Counted from the stretch's first letter, positions 37,393 to 47,916 are shown. The stretch is 64,000 nt of DNA from a bacterium (GCA_021777565.1 JAJYDJ010000002.1:133082-197081), one strand, 5' to 3'. Numbers and translations are program-made. The notes: generated by a model from the sequence alone, not told the origin.

Positions 37393-39801
37393 ATGGAACT
37401 ATTTACGTATGTCATGCTTTATCACTGGTATAAATCAGTCTTTGCTGTGGTTATTCGCGTGCTCTTTTTCCTTTCGATTGGTGCATTTTTCTTTTTGCAG
37501 CTGCATCAAGGGATGTTTCCAAAGATTCCACTCTTTTTCCTCTCAGGATTTTTAATTATTGAAGTGTTTTATCGATTTAAAGTCATCCGGGCAAAACCTA
37601 TTATGAAGGTGACGGATAACACGAAGAATTTATACCTGTCTTTCACTTTCCAGGCACTGGATTGTTTCTTCTTTGCTGCCAATAGTGTCATGGTGATCAA
37701 AAATATGCTCAATGATAAAAGTATTAATTACATCATGCGTCGAAGCGGGCTTCATATCAAAGATATTATCGCAGTAAATATCCCAAAACAGACACTCGCC
37801 CATCAGGCCTTTATGACGGTCAAAGCTGTCGGTGGGTCCTATGTGACGCGAATGGACTTGTTTGCCGCATACATCCTACTTTGTGAACAGCAGACCAAAG
37901 CACTCATGCAGCGACATTTGCAGGCAGAAGAGTTCATGCAAATCCTATACTGGGCGCGCATGAATTTCCCGGAGGAAGAAAACCCCAATCCTCGTCGCGC
38001 AGTCTTTTTGGGAGAGGGTATTTTTGACTCTATCTCAACGGGGTGGACCAATGAGACCAATAAATATATCTTTGATGTCACCAGTCATGCTTTGGCAGAG
38101 CGTCCGAGTGTTCTGGGGTATAAGAAAGAGTTCCAACAGTTGGTCGCGACGCTTGCCAGGAAAGAGCACAACAATGTTCTTATTGTAGGCCCAACAGGTG
38201 TTGGGAAGCGTTCCTTCGTCGAAGCATTTGCCCTGAATAGTTACATCGGTCTCCTGCCCAAAAATCTCTATCACAAAAGAGTCTATCAGCTGCTTGTAGG
38301 CCTATTAGTAGCAGGTGCAAATACCACAGGTGAGCTGGAGGAGCGCCTGGAAATGGTCATTCAGGAGATTTTACACGCAGGTAATATTATTATGTACATA
38401 GAAAGCCTTGAAAATATCCTTGGGTCTGACACGTTCCACGCCAATCTCTCAGCAGCACTGGTGCCCTATCTTAAAAACCATTCCTTGCCCATTGTTGCAA
38501 CCATTTCACCTGAGACATATAAGACATATCTTTCAAGCGCTCGAGAATTTTTAGAATTATTTGATGTCATAGAACTTCGTGAGCCGACTGTAGAAGATGC
38601 CAAGATTATGCTTTTGGAGAAAGCCCAGGAGATTGAACAGAAGAATAATGTCAGTATTACGTATCGGGCCATTATTCGCGCTGTTGAGCTGTCTCATAAA
38701 TTTATTCAGGATCATGTGCTCCCTGGGAGTGCAGTAACGCTTCTTAACCGTGTCGTTGGCGCGTGTAAGCAGGCAGGAAGAAGTGAAGTGCAAGAAGCAG
38801 ATGTTGTAAAAGAAGTAGAAGCGCTGACTCGTGTATCTATCTCTGAACCAGGTTCTGCAGAAAGACAGACGCTTTTGCATCTAGAGGAAGAGTTGCATAA
38901 AAGAGTTATTGGACAGGATGAGGCGGTCTCAAGTGTCTCCAGAGCCCTCCAGAGGCTGCGTGCTGGTGTAGAAGAGCGAGAGCGTCCTATCTCATTCCTT
39001 TTCTTGGGACCAACGGGGGTAGGCAAAACTGAAACTGCCAAGACGCTTGCCAGAATTTATTTTGGTGGGGAGGATCGCATCATCAGGCTTGATATGAGTG
39101 AGTATACTGGCAGTGATTCAATGATGAGACTTTTGGGGGCAATGCCAGGCCAAGGTGAAGCACGTGGTGAGCTGACTGAGAAAATTGCTGAAAATCCATT
39201 CTCCCTAGTGCTCTTAGATGAATTTGAGAAGGCGAACCCTCAAGTGATGGATATGTTCCTACAGGTTCTGGATGATGGAAGACTTACCGATAACAGAGGT
39301 AAGAAAGTATCTTTTGCTAATGCGATTATTATTGCGACATCCAATGCCGGTGCGCTGACTATCGAAGAACAACTTCGTGCAAATAAGCCGCTTGATGACA
39401 GCTTCCACCGGAAACTTATTGAGAAGCTTGAAGAAGATCGTATCTTTAAACCAGAACTTCTTAATCGTTTTGATGGTATCGTCGTGTTCCATTCTCTTGA
39501 TCAGGCACAGTTACAAAGTATTGCACAGATCTATATGCATGGTATTGCCGATGATCTGGCAAAAATCCACGAGGTCAAGCTCGTCTGTGATCCAACTGTC
39601 TTTGCCCTTATTGCCCAAAAAGGCTTCGATATCCAATTCGGCGCCAGACCTCTGAGACGATTTATCCAGGATACTATTGAGAACTTGTTGGCAAAGCTGA
39701 TTCTTCAGGGAGTTATTAATAGAGGCGATGGGATTAAGCTTTTTGTCGGTCCAGATGGCAATATTGGGTGGTCCAAACTCGATTTAATTTCTTCACATTG
39801 A
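37393..39801 (+). CDS. Membrane-anchored ClpA/ClpB-like AAA+ ATPase
   Basis: Two N-terminal TMs; NBD1 GPTGVGKR; NBD2 FLGPTGVGKT, RLDMSEY, LLDEFEK, PELLNRFD, GARPLRR. Confidence 0.9.
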   Translation: MELFTYVMLYHWYKSVFAVVIRVLFFLSIGAFFFLQLHQGMFPKIPLFFLSGFLIIEVFYRFKVIRAKPIMKVTDNTKNLYLSFTFQALDCFFFAANSVMVIKNMLNDKSINYIMRRSGLHIKDIIAVNIPKQTLAHQAFMTVKAVGGSYVTRMDLFAAYILLCEQQTKALMQRHLQAEEFMQILYWARMNFPEEENPNPRRAVFLGEGIFDSISTGWTNETNKYIFDVTSHALAERPSVLGYKKEFQQLVATLARKEHNNVLIVGPTGVGKRSFVEAFALNSYIGLLPKNLYHKRVYQLLVGLLVAGANTTGELEERLEMVIQEILHAGNIIMYIESLENILGSDTFHANLSAALVPYLKNHSLPIVATISPETYKTYLSSAREFLELFDVIELREPTVEDAKIMLLEKAQEIEQKNNVSITYRAIIRAVELSHKFIQDHVLPGSAVTLLNRVVGACKQAGRSEVQEADVVKEVEALTRVSISEPGSAERQTLLHLEEELHKRVIGQDEAVSSVSRALQRLRAGVEERERPISFLFLGPTGVGKTETAKTLARIYFGGEDRIIRLDMSEYTGSDSMMRLLGAMPGQGEARGELTEKIAENPFSLVLLDEFEKANPQVMDMFLQVLDDGRLTDNRGKKVSFANAIIIATSNAGALTIEEQLRANKPLDDSFHRKLIEKLEEDRIFKPELLNRFDGIVVFHSLDQAQLQSIAQIYMHGIADDLAKIHEVKLVCDPTVFALIAQKGFDIQFGARPLRRFIQDTIENLLAKLILQGVINRGDGIKLFVGPDGNIGWSKLDLISSH

Positions 39802-39832
39802 TAGAAGGCGTAATTTTTGATATACTCTCCTC

Positions 39833-40990
39833 ATGCCAGCAGTACAAAGAAGTGAATTTTTCTTAGCACTCAACCAGCTCGCCACCGAGCGAGGGTTGGA
39901 CGTATCAATTATTATTGATGCCGTAAAGAATGCTATCCTTGCCGCATATCGTAAAGATCACCCAGAAGCAGAGTCAGAAGAATATACAGTAACCTTGAAT
40001 CAAAACACGGGTGAAGCACGTGTCCTTAAAGGTGAAGAAGATGTTACCCCTCCAGGATTTGGTCGTATTGCCGCACAAACCGCTAAGCAGGTTATTCTCC
40101 AAAAAGTTCGTGAAGAAGAGAAAGCAGCAGTTTTGGCTGATTTCAAGGCTAGAATCGGGACTGTTATGAACGGCATGATCCTTCGTTTTATTGGACCAAA
40201 CATTATCGTTATTTTGGGAAAGACAGAAGCACTCTTCCCAGTCTCAGAACAAATCCAAAATGAGAAATATCATCCAAACCAGCAACTTGCGTTTTATATC
40301 CTCGATATTCGAGAAGGACCAAAAGGTCAAGAACTGATCGTCTCACGATCTAATAAAGGTCTTCTTGAAGGACTATTCCGCAAAGAAGTACCAGAAATCA
40401 TGACCGGTGGTGTGATCTTTAAAGCAATTGCTCGTGAAGCAGGTGTCAGATCAAAGATTGCTGTTGCAGCAACCGCAAGTGGTATTGACCCAGTCGGAAG
40501 TTGTGTCGGACAAAAAGGTGTTCGTGTACAAGCTGTTATCCAGGAATTTGGTGGACTCGAAAAAATTGATGTTATCCAGTGGCAAGAAGACCCAACAGTC
40601 TTCATTGCACATGCACTCGCTCCTGCAAAGAACTTAGAAGTAAGCGTTGATGAAAATACCAAGTCTGCTATTGTTATGGCTGACCCTGATGAACTCGCCT
40701 CAGCAATTGGTAAAGATGGTCAAAATGCACGTCTCGCTTCAGAATTGACTGGTTACGAGATCAAAATCATGCCAAAAGAAGGTACATCTCCTAAAGCAGA
40801 AGCTGCGGTAAAAGAAGAAGCATCAATTGAAGCAGAAGTCAAAGAGACCGTAGCAACAGAACCGGCAACGACCGAAGAAGTAAAGCCATCTGATGAAGCA
40901 ATGGTGACCGAGCCAGCCGTCACTGAGGATGCCCATGAAGAAGAAGCTCCAACAACCGAACCAACTGTGACAGAAGACCAAGCAGCATAA
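39833..40990 (+). CDS. nusA: Transcription factor NusA
   Basis: FGRIAAQTAKQ, AREAG.RSK, DPVGSCVG..G.R, AIGK.GQNARLA; acidic tail. Confidence 0.96.
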   Translation: MPAVQRSEFFLALNQLATERGLDVSIIIDAVKNAILAAYRKDHPEAESEEYTVTLNQNTGEARVLKGEEDVTPPGFGRIAAQTAKQVILQKVREEEKAAVLADFKARIGTVMNGMILRFIGPNIIVILGKTEALFPVSEQIQNEKYHPNQQLAFYILDIREGPKGQELIVSRSNKGLLEGLFRKEVPEIMTGGVIFKAIAREAGVRSKIAVAATASGIDPVGSCVGQKGVRVQAVIQEFGGLEKIDVIQWQEDPTVFIAHALAPAKNLEVSVDENTKSAIVMADPDELASAIGKDGQNARLASELTGYEIKIMPKEGTSPKAEAAVKEEASIEAEVKETVATEPATTEEVKPSDEAMVTEPAVTEDAHEEEAPTTEPTVTEDQAA

Positions 40991-41045
40991 CCGTTTCTCT
41001 TCTCACTCGCCTCACGGTTAAAATTCCGGTATAATACATACGCAT

Positions 41046-42464
41046 ATGGCAAGCCAATTTTTCCCACCAGTTGTATCTGTTCTCGGACACGTAGACCACG
41101 GCAAAACCACTTTGCTGGATGCTATCCGCAAAAGTGACATCGCTGGTGGTGAAGTAGGTGGAATTACCCAGAAGATCGGTGTTTCCCAGATTGAGACAGT
41201 CTATGAAGGGGAAAAGCGACCTATTACTTTCATTGATACCCCAGGACATGCCGCATTTAAAGAGATGCGCTCACAAGGAGCACACGTGGCTGACGTTGGT
41301 CTTTTGATCGTCTCAGCGGTAGATGGAGTCATGCCACAGACCAAAGAAGCGCTCCAGCTCTTTCTGAGCTCAAAAACCCCGTTTATCGTTGTTCTCACCA
41401 AGACTGATTTGCCAGATAAAAATGTGGATAAGGTCAAACAGCAGCTTTTGAGAGAAAATGTCATGGTAGAAGGCTATGGTGGTGATATTCCTGTCCTTGA
41501 AGTATCTGCCAGAACTGGTACCAACGTAAAAGAGCTTCTGGACCTGATTTTATTGGTATATACCATGCAGCCTCACGATGTCGATCCTGCAGGAACACTT
41601 CGTGCGGTCGTGATCGAATCCAAGCGTGATGTGAAAGTCGGTCCTCGTGCAACCGTTATTGTCAAAAACGGTACCCTCACCATTCGTGATGAGATACAGG
41701 CTGGTAAAGTCATGGGGAGAGTTCGTTCAATGACTGATGGCAAAGGTGCGATGGTTCAGTCAGTGACGGTTGGGGCTGGGGTAGAACTGCTTGGATTTGA
41801 AGAAGTCCCATCTGTTGGAAGTATTGTGAGTCGTAAAGGGGAGGTAGCTACCGAAGCCAAACGCACGCTTGCAGGTCGAGGAGAGAAGCCAGAGAATGCG
41901 CTTCTTTCAGTCATCGTCTGTGCGGATTCTGAAGGATCCCTTGAGGCTATTTTGGGAGAGTTTCCAAAGGAAGTTCACGTCATGGAGGCAAAAACGGGTG
42001 AAATCTCAGAATCAGATGTGCTTTTTGCACGCTCAACAGGCAGTATTATTATCACCTTTAATGTGCGTCTGAAGTCAGATGTGGCTAAATTTGCTCAGAC
42101 TGAACACGTATTAGTGAAAAACTATCAGATTATCTATGAAATGCTTGATGAGATTCAGCAGGTTATCGACGGAAAGGCCAGTGCTCTCCTGGAGCAGATT
42201 TTTGGAGTATCAACAGTTCAAGCGAAGTTCCCATTTGATAAGCAAGAGGTTTTAGGGGTTATAGTAAATGATGGTAGAGTGGCAAAAGGGGATAAAATTC
42301 GAGTCGTAAGAGAAGATGGAACTGTGGCTGGAGAGAGCACTGTTACCTCACTGCGACAAGGCAAGGATACGGTAACAAAGGTAGAAAAAGGCAATGAGGC
42401 TGGTATTATCCTTACCCCTCAACTTGACACCCTTGTGGGCGACGTGATACTATCTCATAGTTAG
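41046..42464 (+). CDS. infB: Translation initiation factor IF-2, minimal form
   Basis: PPVVSVLGHVDHGKTT, GGITQ, DTPGH; starts at the G domain. Confidence 0.95.
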   Translation: MASQFFPPVVSVLGHVDHGKTTLLDAIRKSDIAGGEVGGITQKIGVSQIETVYEGEKRPITFIDTPGHAAFKEMRSQGAHVADVGLLIVSAVDGVMPQTKEALQLFLSSKTPFIVVLTKTDLPDKNVDKVKQQLLRENVMVEGYGGDIPVLEVSARTGTNVKELLDLILLVYTMQPHDVDPAGTLRAVVIESKRDVKVGPRATVIVKNGTLTIRDEIQAGKVMGRVRSMTDGKGAMVQSVTVGAGVELLGFEEVPSVGSIVSRKGEVATEAKRTLAGRGEKPENALLSVIVCADSEGSLEAILGEFPKEVHVMEAKTGEISESDVLFARSTGSIIITFNVRLKSDVAKFAQTEHVLVKNYQIIYEMLDEIQQVIDGKASALLEQIFGVSTVQAKFPFDKQEVLGVIVNDGRVAKGDKIRVVREDGTVAGESTVTSLRQGKDTVTKVEKGNEAGIILTPQLDTLVGDVILSHS

Positions 42465-42469
42465 CGTTT

Positions 42470-43522
42470 ATGCCTAATGAACTCGTACAAAGACTAAAGG
42501 ATCTTCTTGTCAAAAACCAGGAAATAGCGATTATTGTGCCTGGGAATCCTTCCCTTGATACCATGGCTGCAGGGTTGAGCTTATTCTTGGTCATCGAACA
42601 GATGGGTAAGCATGTAAGTATTGTGTGCCCAACTCAGCCTACTGTCGCGCTCTCTTCTCTCGTAGGCATTGATAAGCTTACCTCCCAGCTCCCCTTGAAT
42701 CAAGGTGGTGTGGGTGGGGACCTGATCGTATCATTCCCGTACAGGCAGGGTGAAACAGGTCAAATTGAAAAAGTGGAATATGAGCATGATGAAGTCAATA
42801 GCAGACTCAAAATTGTGGTTCATGCTGGTGAACAAGGCCTTCACTTCTCTCAGTCAGACGTACAATTTGACCAACAAATGCGTGGGGGTAATACGCCAAC
42901 CCTTATTTTCTACGTAGGTGTGACTCATCCTGAGGCGTTAGGGAACCTTTTTGTTACCGATCAGAATGTAAATACTGTCAATATTGATAACAAGGCTGAA
43001 AATCCTAAATACGGGACACTGCCTATTGTTGATACTCGATGGTCATCGGTTAGTGAACAAGTTGCTGATTTTGTGACACTTTTGGAGCCACAGGTTGTTG
43101 TACAGAGAGATGCCGCGCAAAACCTCTTGGATGGCATTTCCTATGCCACACAAGACTTCACGAATGCTCGTACCAGTTATTTGGCATTTGAGGTTGCAGG
43201 AATTTTGATGAAAAAGGGTGCCAGTAGGGATGTTGCCAAACAGGTAGTCTCAGTAAGTGGTAATACCCAAGGAGTGTCTACAACGAGTGAATATTTCCCT
43301 CCACTTCCACAGCAAGCACCAGTAGCACCGGTACAACCACAACCTGCTCCTGTGCAGCCAACACCACAGCCAGCACCTGTTGCGCCTATATCTCAGCCAG
43401 TACAGCCACAACCCATGCCTTCTCAACCTGTCGCACCAGCTGCTCAGGCAACACAAATGCCACCAGTGGCACCACCAGATTGGTTAACACCAAAAGTATA
43501 TAAAGGTTCTACACTTATCTAG
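42470..43522 (+). CDS. Degenerate DHH-family (NrnA-like) protein with Pro/Gln-rich tail
   Basis: NPSLDT..A, NIDNK.EN..YG, SSVSE, LL.GI..AT..F align with DHH motifs, but catalytic residues are changed. Confidence 0.6.
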   Translation: MPNELVQRLKDLLVKNQEIAIIVPGNPSLDTMAAGLSLFLVIEQMGKHVSIVCPTQPTVALSSLVGIDKLTSQLPLNQGGVGGDLIVSFPYRQGETGQIEKVEYEHDEVNSRLKIVVHAGEQGLHFSQSDVQFDQQMRGGNTPTLIFYVGVTHPEALGNLFVTDQNVNTVNIDNKAENPKYGTLPIVDTRWSSVSEQVADFVTLLEPQVVVQRDAAQNLLDGISYATQDFTNARTSYLAFEVAGILMKKGASRDVAKQVVSVSGNTQGVSTTSEYFPPLPQQAPVAPVQPQPAPVQPTPQPAPVAPISQPVQPQPMPSQPVAPAAQATQMPPVAPPDWLTPKVYKGSTLI

Positions 43523-43595
43523 TAAATTAAATTCTTGTAAGATCAAGAAAAATCTGCTATACTACAAGCAGTTTTCAAAGAAAGAAAAGAAATTT

Positions 43596-43865
43596 ATGCC
43601 ACTTCAGCAAAAAACAAAGCAGGAAATTATTAAAGAGTTTCAAGTAGAAGAAGGCGACACAGGAAGTCCAGAAGTACAAATTGGGCTTTTGTCACACAGA
43701 ATTGCAGCACTCGTAGAACATCTTAAGCAACATGCACATGATTTGCACAGTCGCCGAGGACTTCTCTCAATGCTTGCAAAGCGTCGAAGACTTATTTTCT
43801 TTTTAGAGAAAGTTGATAAAAAACGATCACAAGACATAACGAAACGAGTAGGATTGAAGAACTAA
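43596..43865 (+). CDS. rpsO: 30S ribosomal protein S15
   Basis: DTGSPEVQI, HL..H..D.HSRRGL. Confidence 0.97.
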   Translation: MPLQQKTKQEIIKEFQVEEGDTGSPEVQIGLLSHRIAALVEHLKQHAHDLHSRRGLLSMLAKRRRLIFFLEKVDKKRSQDITKRVGLKN

Positions 43866-43919
43866 GCTATTCCCTTAATTCCCTCAGTTTGTTATAGTAA
43901 GAAAGAACGAAAGAGAAAA

Positions 43920-46205
43920 ATGAAGAAAATTGCCTCACAATCAATCGAGTTTGGTGGACAAACACTAACACTAGAAACAGGAAAGCTCGCAGAACGCGCT
44001 TCTGCTTCTGTCCTTGGCCGTCTTGGTGACACTGTTGTTCTGGTAACTGTCGTAGAAGGCGGCAAATCAGATCTGGACTATTTCCCACTCTCCATTGAAT
44101 ATATTGAAAATCTTTTTTCAGGTGGAAAAATCAAAGGAAGTCGTTGGGTAAAGCGTGATGGAAGACCATCTGATGATGCAATTCTTGCAGGTCGTGTGAT
44201 TGATAGGTCTATCCGCCCACTCTTTCCAAAAGCATTCAAAAATGTTGTCCAGATTGTTATTAACGTATTGTCTGTAGACGGCACAAATGATCCAGTGATC
44301 GTTGCATTAAACGCGGTATCTGCGGCTGTTGCAATCTCACGTATCCCATGGAATGGCCCAATTGGTGGTATGCGTATGGGATATGACGAAGCCACTGGTA
44401 CCTACCTTGTTAATCCAACCACTGAACAGCGTGAAACATCTCTTTTTGAAGTAATTGTCTCTCAGGTTGGTAATCTGACCAACATGATTGAGGCAGAAGG
44501 TCGTCAGGTTTCAGAAGAAATTATGGCTACCGCAATCGTGAAGGCACATGAAGCGACACAAAAAATTATTGATGGCATTAATGAATTTGTAAAAGCAGTT
44601 GGTGATGAGAAGCTCCCACTCCCTACAGAAACTTCTTTGACTGAATTCAAGCAAATTATTGAAAAAAATTATGGTTCTGACGTGGATCATCTTATCGAGC
44701 GAAGAGCAGAAGGTGACGATAGTGCCGCTGATGAACTCGCCGCAAAGATCTTTACTGACCTGAAGACTGAAGACCCATCACGAGAAGTTGATAAAAAAAT
44801 TCTTGCAGCTGCACTTGACTACACTATGTTCAAAAAGATCAGAAGTAATATTCTGGTTAAGAAAATGCGCCCAGATGGAAGAAAATTGGATGAAATTCGT
44901 CCACTAAGTTCTGAAGTCGGAGTACTTCCTCGAACCCACGGGTCAGCGCTGTTCCAGCGTGGTATGACACAAGCATTAAGTATCGCAACTCTTGGATCTC
45001 CTCGTATGGAGCAGTTGATTGAGTCAGCAGAAGGTGAAGAAGCAAAACGCTACATTCATCACTACGTTGGATTGCCATTCTCTATTGGCCAGGCAGGCAG
45101 AATTGGTACTCCAGGTCGTCGTGAAATCGGACACGGTGCGCTCGCAGAAAAGGCACTTAAAGCAGTGATTCCATCTCAGGACGTCTTCCCGTACACCATT
45201 ATGGTGGTATCAGAAGTTCTTTCTCAGAATGGATCAAGTTCTATGGCATCAACCTGTGGATCAACACTGGCACTTATGGATGCAGGTGTCCCAATCCTCA
45301 AGCCGGTTGCTGGTATTTCTATCGGCATGATGTCTGATGAAAATTCCTATGAACTCTTGACTGATATTAAAGATCTTGAAGATTTCTCAGGAGATATGGA
45401 TTTCAAAGTAGCTGGTACCGATACAGGAATTACTGCTATCCAGTTGGATGTGAAAGTTCCAGGACTTACTGATGAACAAATTGGTAAGATTTTGGATCGA
45501 GCAAAGATTGGTCGTATGCAGGTCATGGAAGTCATGATGAAGGCTATCAATACACCACGTGCTAGTGTGTCTCAATATGCACCAAAGATTATTACGATCA
45601 AAGTGCCACAGGAGAAAATTGGCGAGATCATCGGACCGGGTGGACGTGTTATTAAGAATATCATTGCAACAACGGGTGCAGATCTTGATATGTCTGATGA
45701 TGGTACTCTGAGTATCACTGGAACCACTGAAGATCAGATCAATCAAGCTCGTGAATGGGTCGAAGGACTTACTCATGAAGTAGAAGTGGGGGAAGTATAT
45801 GACAGTGCAGAAGTAAAGCGCATTTTGCCTTTTGGTGCATTTGTAGAGCTTGTACCAGGCAAAGAAGGCATGGTACACGTATCTCAAATGTCTAATCAAT
45901 TTGTCAGAGACCCACAAGAAATTGTGCACATTGGGGACAAAGTAAAAGTACATGTTATCGAAATTGACTCACAGGGACGTGTGAATCTCTCAATGCTTTT
46001 TAATGAAGACGGGTCACCAATGGCAAGAAAGCCACAGGAACCACGTGAGAGAAATTTTAATGAAGAAGGTCCGCGATTTAATGAACGCCCAGAAGGTGGA
46101 TATGCCCCACACAAAAGTCACCCATTGGTAGATCAATTTAAGCGTGAGCAAGGTGGGCAAAGACCAAATCGCAATCGTAATTTTAACCGCACAAGAAGCT
46201 ACTAG
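43920..46205 (+). CDS. pnp: Polynucleotide phosphorylase
   Basis: RPDGR, HGSALF.RG.TQ, RREIGHG.LAE, NGSSSMAS, GDMDFKVAG, KH and S1 domains. Confidence 0.97.
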   Translation: MKKIASQSIEFGGQTLTLETGKLAERASASVLGRLGDTVVLVTVVEGGKSDLDYFPLSIEYIENLFSGGKIKGSRWVKRDGRPSDDAILAGRVIDRSIRPLFPKAFKNVVQIVINVLSVDGTNDPVIVALNAVSAAVAISRIPWNGPIGGMRMGYDEATGTYLVNPTTEQRETSLFEVIVSQVGNLTNMIEAEGRQVSEEIMATAIVKAHEATQKIIDGINEFVKAVGDEKLPLPTETSLTEFKQIIEKNYGSDVDHLIERRAEGDDSAADELAAKIFTDLKTEDPSREVDKKILAAALDYTMFKKIRSNILVKKMRPDGRKLDEIRPLSSEVGVLPRTHGSALFQRGMTQALSIATLGSPRMEQLIESAEGEEAKRYIHHYVGLPFSIGQAGRIGTPGRREIGHGALAEKALKAVIPSQDVFPYTIMVVSEVLSQNGSSSMASTCGSTLALMDAGVPILKPVAGISIGMMSDENSYELLTDIKDLEDFSGDMDFKVAGTDTGITAIQLDVKVPGLTDEQIGKILDRAKIGRMQVMEVMMKAINTPRASVSQYAPKIITIKVPQEKIGEIIGPGGRVIKNIIATTGADLDMSDDGTLSITGTTEDQINQAREWVEGLTHEVEVGEVYDSAEVKRILPFGAFVELVPGKEGMVHVSQMSNQFVRDPQEIVHIGDKVKVHVIEIDSQGRVNLSMLFNEDGSPMARKPQEPRERNFNEEGPRFNERPEGGYAPHKSHPLVDQFKREQGGQRPNRNRNFNRTRSY

Positions 46206-46272
46206 TAATTACTTCGGGTTGGATTGATTGAAAGAAAAGATGGTATACTAATACCAGAAGCACAAAATTTTT

Positions 46273-47916
46273 ATGCAACAAGAATTGCAATTTATATCTC
46301 TTGGCGGTGTCGAAAGTGTGACCCGCAACATGTATTTGTATCAAGTCGGAAACGAAATTCTGATCGTGGATTGCGGTCTGGGTTTTGTGAATGATGTTCC
46401 AGGCGTTGATTTTGTCCTTCCTGATCTTTCCCCACTGCTTACCAAACTACAAGAAGGCAACAAATTGGTAGGTATTGCAATTACCCACGGTCATGAAGAT
46501 CATTTGGGTGCACTACCATTTTTATTGCCACAACTACCTCCTGTTTCTATTTTTGCTACTCCAATCACTGCCGGATTTATCTCAGAGAAGCTGAGAGACT
46601 TCCAGTTGCAGCCAACCGTACAAGTCTTGACGTTTAATCAAGAAGTAAAGATCGGTTCTTTTGCTCTTACTCCTATTCGAGTGACTCATTCAGTGCCTGA
46701 TACCGCACATTTCTTGATCAAAACTCCTGCCGGAAATTTTTATCATGGAGGAGACTTCAAATTTGATTTGACACCGTATGATGATCAGCCATCTGATCTT
46801 ATGGCGATTGCCAGAGCAGGAAGCCAGGGGATTATCGCCATGGTTGGAGAGTCACTGGGAGCTGACAAAGATGGATTTACACCGTCGGAAGCGACATTGA
46901 CTGAGCATTTTGCACGGATATTCCATGAAGTAAAAGGGAAGATATTGGTAACCACATACTCTTCACACATGAATCGCGTTGAGCAATTTGTTGATCTGGC
47001 ACTGGCAAACAAACGAAAAGTTGCCTTTGTCGGGCGCTCTCTTATTAAGGCAAAGAAAATTGCACAGGCACAAGGACGTATGAAAATTCCACAATCTATG
47101 GAAGTTCCAATTGATAAGATACAAAAAACTCGTCCTGAAGAACTGTTAGTCTTTATTGCAGGAAGCCAGGGACAGGAAGAATCAGCACTTACTCGAGTCG
47201 TGGCAGGACAGCATCCTATGGTGCGTCTGCAGCCAGATGATGCGATCGTATTCTCTGCAGAGCCCATCCCAGGCAATGAAACAGCAGTATTTGGACTGGT
47301 TGACTCAATAGCAGCATTAAATATCAAGACATATTTCTCTCAAAGCCATACCTATCACGTCTCAGGCCACGGATCACGATCAGAACTCTTGATGCTCCTG
47401 CAGCTTGTCAGGCCAAAATTTGTTATCCCAGTTGGAGGAAATATTAGGCATAGGAGAGCCTACGTGAGTATCGCAACACAATATGGACTCCCTGAAACAT
47501 CAGTGATACTTCCTCGAAATGGTCAGGAAGTAATCTTTGGTGATCAAACGAAATTTGGCAAAATCTATCCACTCAGAAATGTATATGTTGATGAGATTGC
47601 TAAAGAAGAAGTCGAAGGATACGTCCTTCGAGATAGACAACAGCTCTCTGAAGAAGGAGTTCTCGTAGCCATTATGGAAATCTCAGAACAGGATGGAGTG
47701 TTGGCCGGACAACCACAGCTGATTGTGCGTGGACTTCTGGATCAGGAGAAACAGATGATCTCAGGAATAGTTGCTGATGTGGTCAATAAGATTGCGCGAA
47801 ACAATCAAGGGGATCTCTCACTCATTCGTCGAACCGTGCGAAAAGATTTGGAACGAGAAGTGAGAGCAAAGCTGAACAAAAATCCTCTGATTATCCCTGT
47901 TGTGATTGCTGTCTAA
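46273..47916 (+). CDS. rnj: Ribonuclease J
   Basis: ITHGHEDHLG, HSVPD, GDFKFD, GSQG, HVSGH. Confidence 0.94.
   Translation: MQQELQFISLGGVESVTRNMYLYQVGNEILIVDCGLGFVNDVPGVDFVLPDLSPLLTKLQEGNKLVGIAITHGHEDHLGALPFLLPQLPPVSIFATPITAGFISEKLRDFQLQPTVQVLTFNQEVKIGSFALTPIRVTHSVPDTAHFLIKTPAGNFYHGGDFKFDLTPYDDQPSDLMAIARAGSQGIIAMVGESLGADKDGFTPSEATLTEHFARIFHEVKGKILVTTYSSHMNRVEQFVDLALANKRKVAFVGRSLIKAKKIAQAQGRMKIPQSMEVPIDKIQKTRPEELLVFIAGSQGQEESALTRVVAGQHPMVRLQPDDAIVFSAEPIPGNETAVFGLVDSIAALNIKTYFSQSHTYHVSGHGSRSELLMLLQLVRPKFVIPVGGNIRHRRAYVSIATQYGLPETSVILPRNGQEVIFGDQTKFGKIYPLRNVYVDEIAKEEVEGYVLRDRQQLSEEGVLVAIMEISEQDGVLAGQPQLIVRGLLDQEKQMISGIVADVVNKIARNNQGDLSLIRRTVRKDLEREVRAKLNKNPLIIPVVIAV

Noticed and set aside
43280-43480. 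DNA tandem repeat
   Set aside because: Low-complexity Pro/Gln/Ala codons with varying third positions; a protein-level linker only.
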